Position numbers and translations under genes: made by a program
Shown here: positions 1-9,500 of the stretch, in pieces
Position numbering within the stretch: the stretch's first letter is position 1
How the letters are laid out: every line of letters starts with the position of its first letter
Notes under the pieces: model-generated
Told to the model about the DNA's origin: nothing
What the model saw: only the letters and a program-made list of their open reading frames with translations
Databases searched by the model: none
Assembly: GCA_965215675.1 (NCBI GenBank)
Contig: OZ244112.1
Location: 1,626,336-1,690,335 of the forward strand
From: Dehalococcoidia bacterium
GTDB lineage: Bacteria > Chloroflexota > Dehalococcoidia > Lucifugimonadales > UBA3495
Reading direction: 5' to 3'
DNA length: 64,000 bases

Positions 1-1907
1 ACAGGCGGCGCCAGAACTGGGTCGCTGTCCAGCACCATCCTGGTGGAAACGTCAATGTCGTGTGAAAGGACGGCAGTCGCGGCCGCAGGCTGCTGAAGAA
101 TAAAATGCTCCAGGGGGAATGGAGTAGCGGCAACAATACCGGCCACAGCCCCTGGATCGGATTTCGCTCTTTGAGCCATGATTTGGAACAGCTGCTCCAG
201 GAAGGGTGCCTCGATGCGGTAGTTTCCCGACGTCTCTTCCAGCAGCAGCGTAATTCCCAATTGCAGGTCCGCCTCCGGCTCTGCGTTTGAGATGCTGAGT
301 TTCTCGAGGAGTTCATCCGGCTCGAGGACTGCACGCAGTTGCGTGGGCACGGGCGACATCAGCTCTCGCACGCTCTCCCTGTTCATCTCTAGGAGGATCA
401 TTCGTGTGAGTTCCCGGTCATTGCCGATCAAGAGGTCGAAGTACAGTTTCAGGTCTTGCTCCGACTCAAAACCGGTCTCATCCAGCAAGATTTGCAGTTC
501 TGCAGCACCTTGGGCGGGCGACTTTCCGCCAGCGGCGAGGACCTTCTCTACTAGGCCCCCGAAACGTTGCAGTCGCTGCACAAAGCTGGCGGTGGCTTGC
601 AGCGTCCTCCCGTCCGGCAGAACGGGGTTGGCGGCGATGAGTTTCACAAGGGCGCGATCGTCGACCGCTGGAAGAAAGTTCACCAGGAATGGCTGGACGT
701 CTATTTGCCTTGCCAGTTCCACTACCTGGCTCTCTGGGTCGCCGTTCAGAGAGGCCAGAAAGGAAAGCGCCTCGGAGAGTTGCAGCGCCATTGGCAATGA
801 CAAAGACTCAAGGTATTCAGGGTGGGAACGGTGCAGGGCCACCTTGTCTCGCAGGTAGCCCCGCCAGAACCGGAAATTCGCTTCCAGCTGCGAATCGCCG
901 ATCAACAAGTCGAATTGTTCAACTAGGTCGGTCAGGCGCTGCCGCTCTTCGACATTCAGAGTTGCCTCAGCTTTGGACAAGAAGACCTCGTCGAGATGAA
1001 AGTGCGGTAGTGCACGATACTGGTCGAGGTTCAAATGGGTGAAACCGAGGAACTTGTCGGCGGTAGCTCGCTCGCCCGATGACAATGCCTGGTACCAACC
1101 GATGGCGTTCTCCCACGACCAGAACGGGCCCTCGTCCAGAAAATACCCCCAGTACTTGCGCAGAATCGGTGGGATTAATAGCAGGTCGCCCCCGGTCGTA
1201 TAAGGCATGTCCGCCTCGAGGCTGTGAAACAATGGGTCAGTGTTATCTCCGGACAGCCCAGGTAGATTGCGCAGCCGCTCTCTGAGAATTTCGTAGTCAT
1301 CCGGCGGCTGCCTCATGAAAGTAAGTATGTCCTCGTGGTAGGCCGACAAAGCCGGAGCGACGGAATCGCCGTCCCGAGTCCGCCACTCCAATTCCGGGTG
1401 GGCAATGACCGGGAATGCTCCCCAGTATGAGTGTCCAAGTTCGTGCATCGTGGGAATGGGTTTGGCTTCTCCAACGCCGGCCCAACTGTAATAGCCATAG
1501 CTGCCAAAATATCCCGGCTCGCCTTGCATCTGCCTTACGTCCAGGCTATGCAACAACTCCCGACCCAGGGCGGTTGGCTGGTACAGGGAAATGACCGCAT
1601 CCAGCCTGTGACTTACCCATTCCGTGTTGGCAGGGTGGGGAGTAGGCGCGGGGATCGGATCAAGCGTCGGTCGCAACGTGCTCATGTGCGTAGGGCTCGA
1701 CGGGGGAATCGTAGGCGCTGGCTGTGGAGTTGTCGGCGACGCCGAGGGCACCGGCACGGTATGAGCAGTTGGTGTTTTGGCTACAGGATTCTGGTCCCTG
1801 ACCGGCGCCAGAGACGGGATTTCCGACCCACACGCCGTGAGGAGCACGGAAATTCCTAGTCCAATGATGGAAATAACCAGCCAAATTCGCATGCGAAGCA
1901 GTGTCAT
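1..1907 (-). CDS. Putative lipoprotein with HExxH zinc-metallopeptidase-like motif (3' end lies beyond the window)
   Basis: Absent from ORF track because no stop lies in the window. Own minus-strand translation from ATG 1907 (alt ATG 1892): MTLLRMRIWLVISIIGLGISVLLTAC (signal peptide + lipobox), Pro/Thr-rich linker, PTMHELGHSYW (HExxH, ~1440-1475), then an uninterrupted frame to nt 1 (635 codons). Confidence 0.6.
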   Translation of the reverse strand, partial: MTLLRMRIWLVISIIGLGISVLLTACGSEIPSLAPVRDQNPVAKTPTAHTVPVPSASPTTPQPAPTIPPSSPTHMSTLRPTLDPIPAPTPHPANTEWVSHRLDAVISLYQPTALGRELLHSLDVRQMQGEPGYFGSYGYYSWAGVGEAKPIPTMHELGHSYWGAFPVIAHPELEWRTRDGDSVAPALSAYHEDILTFMRQPPDDYEILRERLRNLPGLSGDNTDPLFHSLEADMPYTTGGDLLLIPPILRKYWGYFLDEGPFWSWENAIGWYQALSSGERATADKFLGFTHLNLDQYRALPHFHLDEVFLSKAEATLNVEERQRLTDLVEQFDLLIGDSQLEANFRFWRGYLRDKVALHRSHPEYLESLSLPMALQLSEALSFLASLNGDPESQVVELARQIDVQPFLVNFLPAVDDRALVKLIAANPVLPDGRTLQATASFVQRLQRFGGLVEKVLAAGGKSPAQGAAELQILLDETGFESEQDLKLYFDLLIGNDRELTRMILLEMNRESVRELMSPVPTQLRAVLEPDELLEKLSISNAEPEADLQLGITLLLEETSGNYRIEAPFLEQLFQIMAQRAKSDPGAVAGIVAATPFPLEHFILQQPAAATAVLSHDIDVSTRMVLDSDPVLAPP

Positions 1908-2083
1908 CCAAATTAATGGTAAGGGAACATGTTTAGGCTTAGGGCAAGCTTGGAAATTCCGCGAATCGCCACTTGAATTGGTGCACGCCGAATGCACATC
2001 ACGGCGGCGAGGTTTCGTTGCGTGTGGCGGGATTCTGGTGATAGAGTAGCCCAATGGCGAACTCTACATAAATCGTACTGATT

Positions 2084-3922
2084 TTGTATCACTACGGGCT
2101 GATAGGCGATATGTCATCGGCGGCGCTAGTCGGAACCGACGGCTCCGTGGACTGGTATTGCCTGCCCCGATTTGATTCTCCCAGCGTATTTGCGGCCCTC
2201 TTGGACCAGGACATTGGCGGACGATTCCGCATCAGCCCGGTTGCCCCGTGCGTCGAAACCACCCAGACGTACGTCCAGGACACCAACGTCCTCGAAACGA
2301 CTTTCAAGACCGAATCGGGCGTCGTTTCCATAGTAGACTTCATGCCCATCTCCGATGACGACAAAGATGGCAGTCCGGACATCGAGCCCTTAAACCCTCC
2401 GGAAATCCACCGCATAGTAACCTGCCAGTACGGCCACGTGGAACTGCGCTGCGACTTCCAGCCGCGACACGACTATGCTAGGTCCCACCCGAACTTTCGG
2501 ATCCTGCGGAACGGAACGGGCGGTGCAGTCGAATCACAGGGGGGAGGGCAGACCCTCACCCTTGTGGCCAATGTGCCACTGACGTTCGACGAGCGGGGGG
2601 TTGACGCTCCCTTCCATCTCTCACAAGGCGAAAGCGCCACCTTCGTCTTGGCCTACGGGAATGACCGCCCAACCACACTCGGGCGATTCCGTACGCTGGA
2701 AAGGCTGGAGCAGACCAAGCGCTACTGGGAAGACCTAGTGGCGGCGATGGACTACGAAGGCCTCTGGCGGGAACAGGTTGTGCGCTCGTTCCTGGTGCTG
2801 CACCTGATGATGTACCGGCGCACCGGTGCGATTGTTGCGGCGCCGACCACCAGCCTGCCGGAGACCTTGGGCGGGTCGCGGAACTGGGACTATCGCTTCT
2901 CATGGCTGCGGGATACCAGTTTCACCGTGGACATCCTGTACCGGCTGGGAGATGACTATGGCGGAGACCGCTACATCCAGTGGCTGATTGACCAATGCAA
3001 GTTACGCCAGGGCAGAACACGAATCGTCTATGGCATCAGCCCGCACTCTTCGCTCAAGGAGGAGGTCCTGGAGCACCTGCGGGGATATGAAGACTCCCGG
3101 CCCGTCCGAATAGGCAACGGCGCGGCGTCGCATCTGCAACTGGACGTTTTCGGGGAGGTCATTCTCTCGATTCACTCCCTGCTGGTCCTGCACCGGCAGA
3201 TCCCGGATGAGGCTTGGGAGCTAGTGCAGTCCTTCGCCGAAACAGTCATGCAGAACTGGCATCGCACGGACCGAGGGGTATGGGAGGTCCGGGGGGAGCA
3301 GCAGCACTTCGTCTATTCCAAGGTGATGTGCTGGGTGGCCCTGGACTACGCCGCCTACATCGCTGCGGCAATGGGACGGCGTCGCCTCTACCGCCGCTGG
3401 TCGCTGGCCGCCGATGAGATCAAGGACCAGATCCTGGACATAGGGTGGACCTCAAGCAAGAACGCATTCCGCCAGCGATACGACAGCGATGCGTTGGATG
3501 CTGCGAACCTGGCGATTCCGTTCATGGGGATGCTGGACCGGGATGACCCTAGGATGCGGCAGAACCTGGACGCCATTGAGCGGGAACTGTGCGACGGGCC
3601 GCTGGTGTGGCGCTACCTGCCGCACGAGACGGACGACGGTCTGGAGGGACAGGAGGAGGGGGCCTTCACCCTGCTGAGTTTCTGGTTGTGCGGCAACCTG
3701 CTCTACACGGGCCAGAACGACAAGGCGTTGGACTATTTCCACGAGGTGCTGAGCAAGTGCACCAACCATCTAGGGCTGTTTGCCGAGATGTATGACAAGG
3801 CCACCGGCCGTCAGTTGGGCAACTTTCCGCAGGCCTATTCACACATAGGCCTGATACACACAGCGCTCAACCTTTCCGGCTACATCGCCGACACCCCGAC
3901 AAGGCGAGTCAGCGTGCCGTAG
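2084..3922 (+). CDS. Glycoside hydrolase family 15 (glucoamylase/glucodextranase-like)
   Basis: 612-aa ORF (TTG start). GLIGDMSSAALVGTDGSVDWYCLPRFDSPSVFAALL and GGSRNWDYRFSWLRDTSF are typical GH15 signatures. Confidence 0.85.
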   Translation: MYHYGLIGDMSSAALVGTDGSVDWYCLPRFDSPSVFAALLDQDIGGRFRISPVAPCVETTQTYVQDTNVLETTFKTESGVVSIVDFMPISDDDKDGSPDIEPLNPPEIHRIVTCQYGHVELRCDFQPRHDYARSHPNFRILRNGTGGAVESQGGGQTLTLVANVPLTFDERGVDAPFHLSQGESATFVLAYGNDRPTTLGRFRTLERLEQTKRYWEDLVAAMDYEGLWREQVVRSFLVLHLMMYRRTGAIVAAPTTSLPETLGGSRNWDYRFSWLRDTSFTVDILYRLGDDYGGDRYIQWLIDQCKLRQGRTRIVYGISPHSSLKEEVLEHLRGYEDSRPVRIGNGAASHLQLDVFGEVILSIHSLLVLHRQIPDEAWELVQSFAETVMQNWHRTDRGVWEVRGEQQHFVYSKVMCWVALDYAAYIAAAMGRRRLYRRWSLAADEIKDQILDIGWTSSKNAFRQRYDSDALDAANLAIPFMGMLDRDDPRMRQNLDAIERELCDGPLVWRYLPHETDDGLEGQEEGAFTLLSFWLCGNLLYTGQNDKALDYFHEVLSKCTNHLGLFAEMYDKATGRQLGNFPQAYSHIGLIHTALNLSGYIADTPTRRVSVP

Positions 3923-4343
3923 CAATCCCCGCCCGGGCGGTCTGCAGGAGCCTAGCGCCGTAAGGGCCAGCACCATTGGGGCCCGCTCCGTGAGTCCGAT
4001 GCGACTGAATTTGTCGGGGATGGTTATCGATTTCTAACCACCGTCGGGGCCGTAGAGTATACACGGCACCCTAGCCTGTCACAGGTGGCAAGTTCCGTCA
4101 CGGCTGAAGGAATCGTGGAGCATAGTGCCCCCGAGGTCCGGAACGCAGCCCGTTACCGTGCGATAATGTCTCAGCACACAGTCTATGATGTATTAGTCCT
4201 TGGGCAAGTCGGAAGGCCCCACTACAACGGTGAACACCCCGTGCTTGGGGTGGGGTGGCATCTCGATCTCAAAAACAAGTCGGGGTCATCGGCCTCGGCT
4301 TGGTCGAGAGCATTCTCTAAATCCCTCCTGACCGATTCTGAGG

Positions 4344-5166
4344 TCATTCCCGGGATTCAGCGGTCGTCGACAAGGACCGTGCAAGAGTTGGAAACGAAGA
4401 TGGGGCCGCGCAGGTCGAAGTACCTCCGCGCCGGCCGATGATAGCCACCAGGTTGAGCCGAGGTATAGCTGGCAGTTGTTCGCTCGGTGTGTATGTGAAA
4501 TTGCCTCCATCGATGGCGGGGACGGCCTTGCACGTTTTGGCGAAGGCGTCGACGTCTTCTTCCTTGCCGCTGAAGAGGCGTGAGTTACAGAGGACATGCA
4601 CGGCCATTTCCTTGACGCCGGCATGCGCATGAAAGATGTTGTTGGCGCCGGAGGGTTCGGGCACCAAGGCCATTTGTGTGAAAGGGCCGTTGCGGCAGAG
4701 ACATGTCGTAACCACACCGCCCTGCAATTCACTGGCTACACAGGCCAGAGCCAGGTCGCCCTTCAAAGCCGTGCCGGATTTCCGGACGGCTCATGGGCAG
4801 CATTTACAGAGGACATGCTGTTCTTCATGTTGCGGATGCCGGCGCCAAATATGAAATCACCCTCGATGCTGGTGGTGCTTGAATCGCGCTTCCACTCCAT
4901 GGCCATGGGATCGATGGCGACGTGGCTGTTGAGCATCAAGGACTTTCCTGTGCCGCCCCGCAGGGAGGCGACCGTCTGGAACCGCCCGGGCTTCGCTTCT
5001 TGCAACTCAACTTCTAGCCCCACTGGGAGAGGTAATCGCCCGGGTAGCAGGCGATGCTGCCTTCTTCAGTCTTGATGCCGGGTATCCTGATAGGGTTCAG
5101 GGCTAGGCGCAGCATTTCCTCGGTGTCGACGCTGTCTTGAATCAGTCGCTCCGTCTCTGAGTTCAT
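4344..5166 (-). pseudogene. Multiply frameshifted gene of unrecognised family
   Basis: Three minus-strand ORF pieces (5014-5262, 4763-5023, 4344-4766) in different frames read on from one another. SD GGGAGGTGG precedes ATG 5166. Frame breaks sit at short homopolymer runs (~5017-5022 and ~4759-4770). RGGTGKS / CRNGPF motifs only faintly recall PrpF-like isomerases. Confidence 0.5.
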
Positions 5167-5357
5167 AACCCCCACCTCCCATGAGACGGTTCGCCATTTG
5201 CTGCCAACGGGCAAAGCGCTGAATCCCACCTGCCAGAAACGTTTTCCGTAGCGCAATACCACCTTCCCGAACCACGGAGCGGGGAAGCGGTATGAAAAGA
5301 TGCGGGTTGCTTGGGTATCTGTCTCCTCCAGCCTCTTTCTGCAAGCCTCTGTCTCTA

Positions 5358-6617
5358 CTGACTAAACTAAAGCCAAGGTGGGATGTGCATATGGTCGGTG
5401 GTGGGGATCGGTACGAGGGTTACGCGGGAGCCCCTCTGCTCTTGATTGCAGGATGGTCCGGCAGCGGCGCTTGACCTCCTCTTTCCGCCCGGCCAGCCCA
5501 TCGAAGAAGTTCCCGACCCTCTCCTGAACCAGTTCCTTGGTCCCCAAGCACAGATTTCCGGTGGCCTCCTCTCTCGCCCAGCCCCAGATGGCCTCGTCAG
5601 CGTTGAAGTCCGGGCTGTATCCCGGCAGGTTCACCAGCCGCAGGTTCACTCCGGGCTTGCCCAGCCATTCCCGCACCGCGTATCCCCGGTGGGCCGGCGC
5701 GTTGTCCCAGATCACGTTCAGCCGACCGCTGTGCCTCTCCCTCAACTGCTCCAGGAAGGCTGCCGACGTTCCTGAGTTGCTGTTCCCCTCCAGTTCCATC
5801 CACTCCACCTGGCCGGTCTCCAGGCACACCGCCGAATAGTAGCTGGCCTTCTCTCCGTAGCGCGGGCTAGTCGAGTCCACCAAGGCTGGCTCTCCCCGGA
5901 GCACCCATTTGCCCCGCAGTTCGGCGTCCGCACGGAAATGGGCCTCGTCGGCGAAGAATATCTTTTCCCCGGATTCTTGAGATTGGAATGCCAAGGCGGC
6001 GTACTCCTCCACGAAGGCCTCCCGTTTCTCCGCATCAGCCTTGAGCAGACGCTTCTTGGGGCGCTTGAACGCGAATCCCAGACGGTGCAGATAGTCCAGG
6101 CAAGAGCTGCGGCTCAGGCTGATACTGAAGCGCTCCGAGGCAAACAGCCGCACCACCTTCCTCCTGAGCTTGCCGAGGGGTCCAGTTGGCCATGACGATG
6201 CCCGACTTGGCGGGCAACTCCTGCACCGCGGCACTCAACGCCGCCTGCTGCGCCTCTTCGAGGGCGGGGGGGAACCACCGGACTGCTCGAAGATCAGGGC
6301 CGCCGGACCTCCCTCGCTGAAGGCGGTGGCCCATCTGCCGATGGTGTGAGCATCCCGGCCCAGTGCATGGGCGGTGGCCGAGGCGGTCATGTTCCGGCAC
6401 AGGAGCCACAGAGCGTGCCACCGTTCTCTTTCCCGAGGCGTCGGCGCCAGGTACATCCTGCTGCGCACACCAGCCAAGTCCAACTGCCACCGTTCCAAGT
6501 CCGGTCTTATCCACCTCATACCCATCACCATCCCCACTCAGTCTGTTCCCCGTCCTGACGCTATACCTCCCTGATTCTAGCCAACGTATATGCAGGTTTC
6601 ACCTTGGCTTTGGTTTA
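5358..6617 (-). mobile_element. IS630-family insertion sequence no. 1 (its last 4 nt are displaced to 7856-7859 by the nested element)
   Basis: The left end CTGACTAAACTAAAGCCAAGGTG (5358-5380) matches the reverse complement of 6600-6617 plus 7856-7859 (CGACTAAACCAAAGCCAAGGTG). TA flanks lie at 5356-5357 and 7860-7861. It encodes a DDE transposase with IS630-type sequence. Confidence 0.75.
5362..6537 (-). pseudogene. IS630-family transposase, disrupted
   Basis: The HTH part (6235-6537) and DDE part (5362-6234) share a frame but are separated by TGA 6235-6237. The authentic sequence (..SGGSPPALEEAQQAALSAAVQELPAKSGIVMANWT..) detours into another frame between a G7 run (6266-6272) and a G4 run (6177-6180). 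That gives two compensating frameshifts. Confidence 0.7.
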
Positions 6618-6630
6618 GTACTCGGTCAAG

Positions 6631-7746
6631 TCAGGAATTGATGGGGTATAGGCGATGGAGTTTGGTTCTGGCGTCCTGGATGCTGAAGCGCCAGTTGATG
6701 CGGGCTTGAGCATCGTTTCGCTCCAGTTCCAGGGCGCGGACCTCCCGGCAGAGGGATTCCTCGTCCGGGAGACGCTGCCTGAGGCAACTGCGGGAGAAGA
6801 TGCTGAACTCGATCTCCGCCATATTGAGCCAACTGCCGTGCTTGGGCGTGTAGTGAAATTCCAGCCGCTTGGCAATGCGCCGGGCCTCGTCAGCTGGGAA
6901 CGCCTCATAGAGGGACGCCTTGCAATGGGTGTTCAGATTGTCCAAGACCACTCGAACCACCGCGATATCCGGATAGGCCTCATCCACCAGCCAGCGCATC
7001 TGGTGGGCAAAGTCCTCCTTGGTGCGCCGCTGGGTTACCTCTACGTGCCGCCAGCCTGCCAAGGGTTCGCAGGCCAAGAACAGGTTGCGGGTGCCCTCCC
7101 GCCGGTACTCGTAGTCCTCACGTCTGGGCTGTCCGGGTGTCGCCGGGATGGGCGGCCGGGCGTCGGCCAGCATCTGGGTGGATGTCTCATCGAAGCAGAC
7201 CACCGGCCTTTCGGGGTCATAGGGTTCGGCATAGAGGTCCAGGACATCCTCCATGTGGGCCACGAAGTCGGCACTCACCTTGGGAATGCACCACTGTTTC
7301 TTCTGCCACGGCTTGAGGATGTTTTTTTCAGATGCAGACGCACCGTCTCGTGGGACAGGGAGTCAACCACGCCCAGTTCAACCATCCGGTCCGCCAAAAG
7401 GCGCAGGTTCCAGTGGTCGTGGCCTTCGGGGGCCGGGCTGCAGGCCAGGGCGATCAGGTGGGCTTCGCCACGGTCATCCAGCTTGCGGTACCGGTGGGGC
7501 TGGGGTCCGGTCCCTGAGCGCCCCGTCCAACCCATCCTCGGCGAAGCGCCGCTTGAGGCGGAACACCGTGCCCTCGGACACATCCAGGGTTTGGGCTACT
7601 CTGGGAGCCGACCAGCCCTCGTCGGTCTTGAGCAGGATGCGGCCCCGGGTCGTAACCCTGGCCGGACTCTTCCCTGCCCGGACCATGTGCTCCAGTTGGT
7701 CGCGTTCCTCCGACGTCAGCCGAACTATAAATTTCTCTCTGACCAC
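6631..7746 (-). pseudogene. IS630-family transposase in three frames (possibly expressed by recoding)
   Basis: Pieces 7474-7746 (HTH: ..RRFAEDGLDGALRDR), 7275-7583 (..RKLDDRGEAHLIALACSPAPEGHDHWNLRLLADRMVELG..LKK) and 6631-7278 (DDE domain). After a -1 shift in the A7 run the text reads LKKNILKPWQKKQWCIPKVSADF, the canonical IS630 junction. The upstream shift lies at G4 runs ~7496-7505. Confidence 0.7.
7321..7328 (-). promoter_or_regulatory. A7 run (CUG AAA AAA ACA) at the transposase ORF junction; candidate -1 slippage site or simple 1-nt deletion
   Basis: T7 on the plus strand at 7322-7328. Re-reading one A gives AAC AUC CUC AAG CCG UGG (N I L K P W) in the downstream ORF frame. Confidence 0.3.
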
Positions 7747-7859
7747 ACCGCCACCTCACAACAACATCTTCCACGACTCAGATTCCATGACTCAGAATAT
7801 CATCGACATCCAAGCCTTTGAGTCTACCTATCGGACCAAGTTTGACCGAGTACTAGTCG

Positions 7860-8504
7860 TAATAGAAGTGGCAGTTCCAGTCGGCCTCGGTTACCCACGC
7901 CGGGTGCAACGGCACGTCACCCTGGATCAGCGCGCGAGGACGCCAAGACGCCCACGTGCCTCGGTGGTGTCCAAGAATGTGCAGAGCGCGTACCTATGGC
8001 ATTAGATCGGTGTCTGAAGTCAACGTGTCCAGCATTACACAACTGGCTATTGATTCCACGCATCACTCCATAAACGGAAAAGTGGACGCAGCCTGGCTGT
8101 CGGCCCTGCGGAACTGGTCGAGATCAGCTTGGTGGCATACGTAGTGCGCCTTGGGGTAAGCCGGCGTTGACTAAGAACCAGGTCCAATCACGTTCCAGCC
8201 CAAGTGGTCCGAATGCAGGTAAGAGATGAAGACAGTGTCTATCTCTTCTGCCTCGATTCCTATTGATGTGATGTTGGTCATCAATTCCCTTGCTCTCTGC
8301 AGACTGCCTCGATTGGACCGTTGAAGTACTCCGTATTTATTAAGAAGGTCCTCTTCGGGGAGTGAATCTAGCAACACCCGATTTCGGTCGGAATGTGATT
8401 ATGCTCAAATGCGTCGGCATACAGAGGCTTGTATGGTTCCCAGGAATTTCCCTGGAGGGCCGGGAAACAATTGAGTGAGTGATATCGCGGAAAAATAGTT
8501 TCAT
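7860..8504 (-). pseudogene. MBL-fold metallo-hydrolase (lactonase-like), shattered
   Basis: Own translation recovers the fragments below in different frames, with an in-frame TAG at 8171-8173: ..YADAFEHNHIPTEIG / LLDSLPEEDLLNKYG..IEAEEIDTVFISYLHSDHLGWNV / STPAYPKAHYV / ALHILGHHRGTW..ALIQGDVPLHPAWVTEADWNCHFY. The 3' end abuts the TA target of IS630 no. 1. Confidence 0.55.
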
Positions 8505-8858
8505 ATTGGCGAGGGCAACATTCTCAACGCCAGCGAACTTCGAGCAAAAGTCAGACGCAATCCCCCCAGATGCAACTTCTGAAATTGCGGCAATTGCGAG
8601 AGGAGGTGCCAGAATGCTCAGTTTTATTGGAGTTAAGGTTTTGCTTTTGTCCATATAACGACCTATTTAGTAACAAAGCTGAAAAAAGGACGATAGAATG
8701 GGGGACTTTCCGCTTTAGAATACTGAGACTGAGCACGTTGCTTTCTGGCATCGTTAGAGATAAGTTGACATTCACTGGCAGTTGATACATCAATTATAAT
8801 GGGTCAGTTTGGTTCCTTTGGCTGTGACCACACCACCTAGAAAAAAGGCACATACTCA

Positions 8859-9500
8859 ATGGACATAGATGTAGCAAGCCACCTTGGCAGGGTACTGCGC
8901 TCCGTCACGTCGCTGGACCGCGGAGGCCAATGCGCTCGGGCAGTTACACTTTCTCGAAGCTACGAATCGACGCTTGAGAACTTGTGGGAAGCCGTGACAA
9001 TAGCAGAGCGTATTCCACGGTGGTTTGCGCCGATTAGCGGGACACTGGAGCTAGGAGGTCGTTACCAGATTGAGGGCAACGCAGGCGGTGTAATCACTGC
9101 TTGCGAACTGCTATCACACTTCGCGCTTACGTGGGAGTTCGCCAGAGACGTTAGTTGGGTGGAAATCAGTCTCGCCAACGAAGGTGCTGACCGTACACGG
9201 TTGTTGCTCACACACACCTCACTCCTTTCGGAGCATTGGAACCAGTACGGACCCGGCGCGGTAGGCGTCGGGTGGGAGATGGGTTTTCTGGGGCTAGCGT
9301 TACATCTCGCGCATCCGGATGATCCAATGCCGGACGAGGCAGCCTTTGCCACGTCGCCGGACGGAAGGGCTTTCATTTCCGGGAGTAGCGAAGGCTGGGC
9401 ACAAGCTGCGATCGCCGCCGGGGAGGAACACGCGACAGCGCGGGCCCGTGCCGCTCGTACCACCGCGTTCTACACCGGCGAATCTCCTGAATTCCTCTGA
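8859..9500 (+). CDS. SRPBCC-superfamily protein (Aha1/polyketide-cyclase-like fold)
   Basis: 213-aa ORF with a pattern typical of SRPBCC family proteins: LWEAVTIAERIPRWFAPISG..GGRYQIEGNAGGVITACE..LTWEF..VEISL..TRLLLTH. Confidence 0.7.
   Translation: MDIDVASHLGRVLRSVTSLDRGGQCARAVTLSRSYESTLENLWEAVTIAERIPRWFAPISGTLELGGRYQIEGNAGGVITACELLSHFALTWEFARDVSWVEISLANEGADRTRLLLTHTSLLSEHWNQYGPGAVGVGWEMGFLGLALHLAHPDDPMPDEAAFATSPDGRAFISGSSEGWAQAAIAAGEEHATARARAARTTAFYTGESPEFL

Larger units (their letters stand above)
6618..7853 (-). mobile_element. IS630-family insertion sequence no. 2, nested in the terminal repeat of no. 1
   Basis: Terminal inverted repeats GTACTCGGTCAA (6618-6629 vs reverse complement of 7842-7853). 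TA duplication at 6616-6617 and 7854-7855. Confidence 0.75.

Noticed and set aside
4085-4441. 118-aa plus-strand ORF downstream of the GH15 gene
   Set aside because: It has no SD, its composition is unconvincing, and the opposite strand shows equally fragmentary protein-like pieces. I treat it as part of the decayed patch.
6235-6237. In-frame TGA between the two halves of the IS630 no. 1 transposase considered as selenocysteine or readthrough
   Set aside because: The residues around it (..SKRRSRRR-stop-VPRCRSCPPSRASS..) are out-of-frame text. The true protein sequence runs in another frame here, between two homopolymer indels.
6655-7821. 388-aa plus-strand ORF across IS630 element 2
   Set aside because: It is antisense to the recognisable IS630 transposase pieces, and it has no SD or recognisable motifs.
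7253-8005. 250-aa plus-strand ORF spanning the IS630 end and the flanking DNA
   Set aside because: It crosses the IS terminus and the MBL pseudogene antisense, and its text is Arg/Ser/Pro-rich.
8171-8173. In-frame TAG in the MBL-fold gene considered as recoding (pyrrolysine or suppression)
   Set aside because: The gene also carries several frameshifts and abuts an IS insertion, so decay explains it. No Pyl context is visible.
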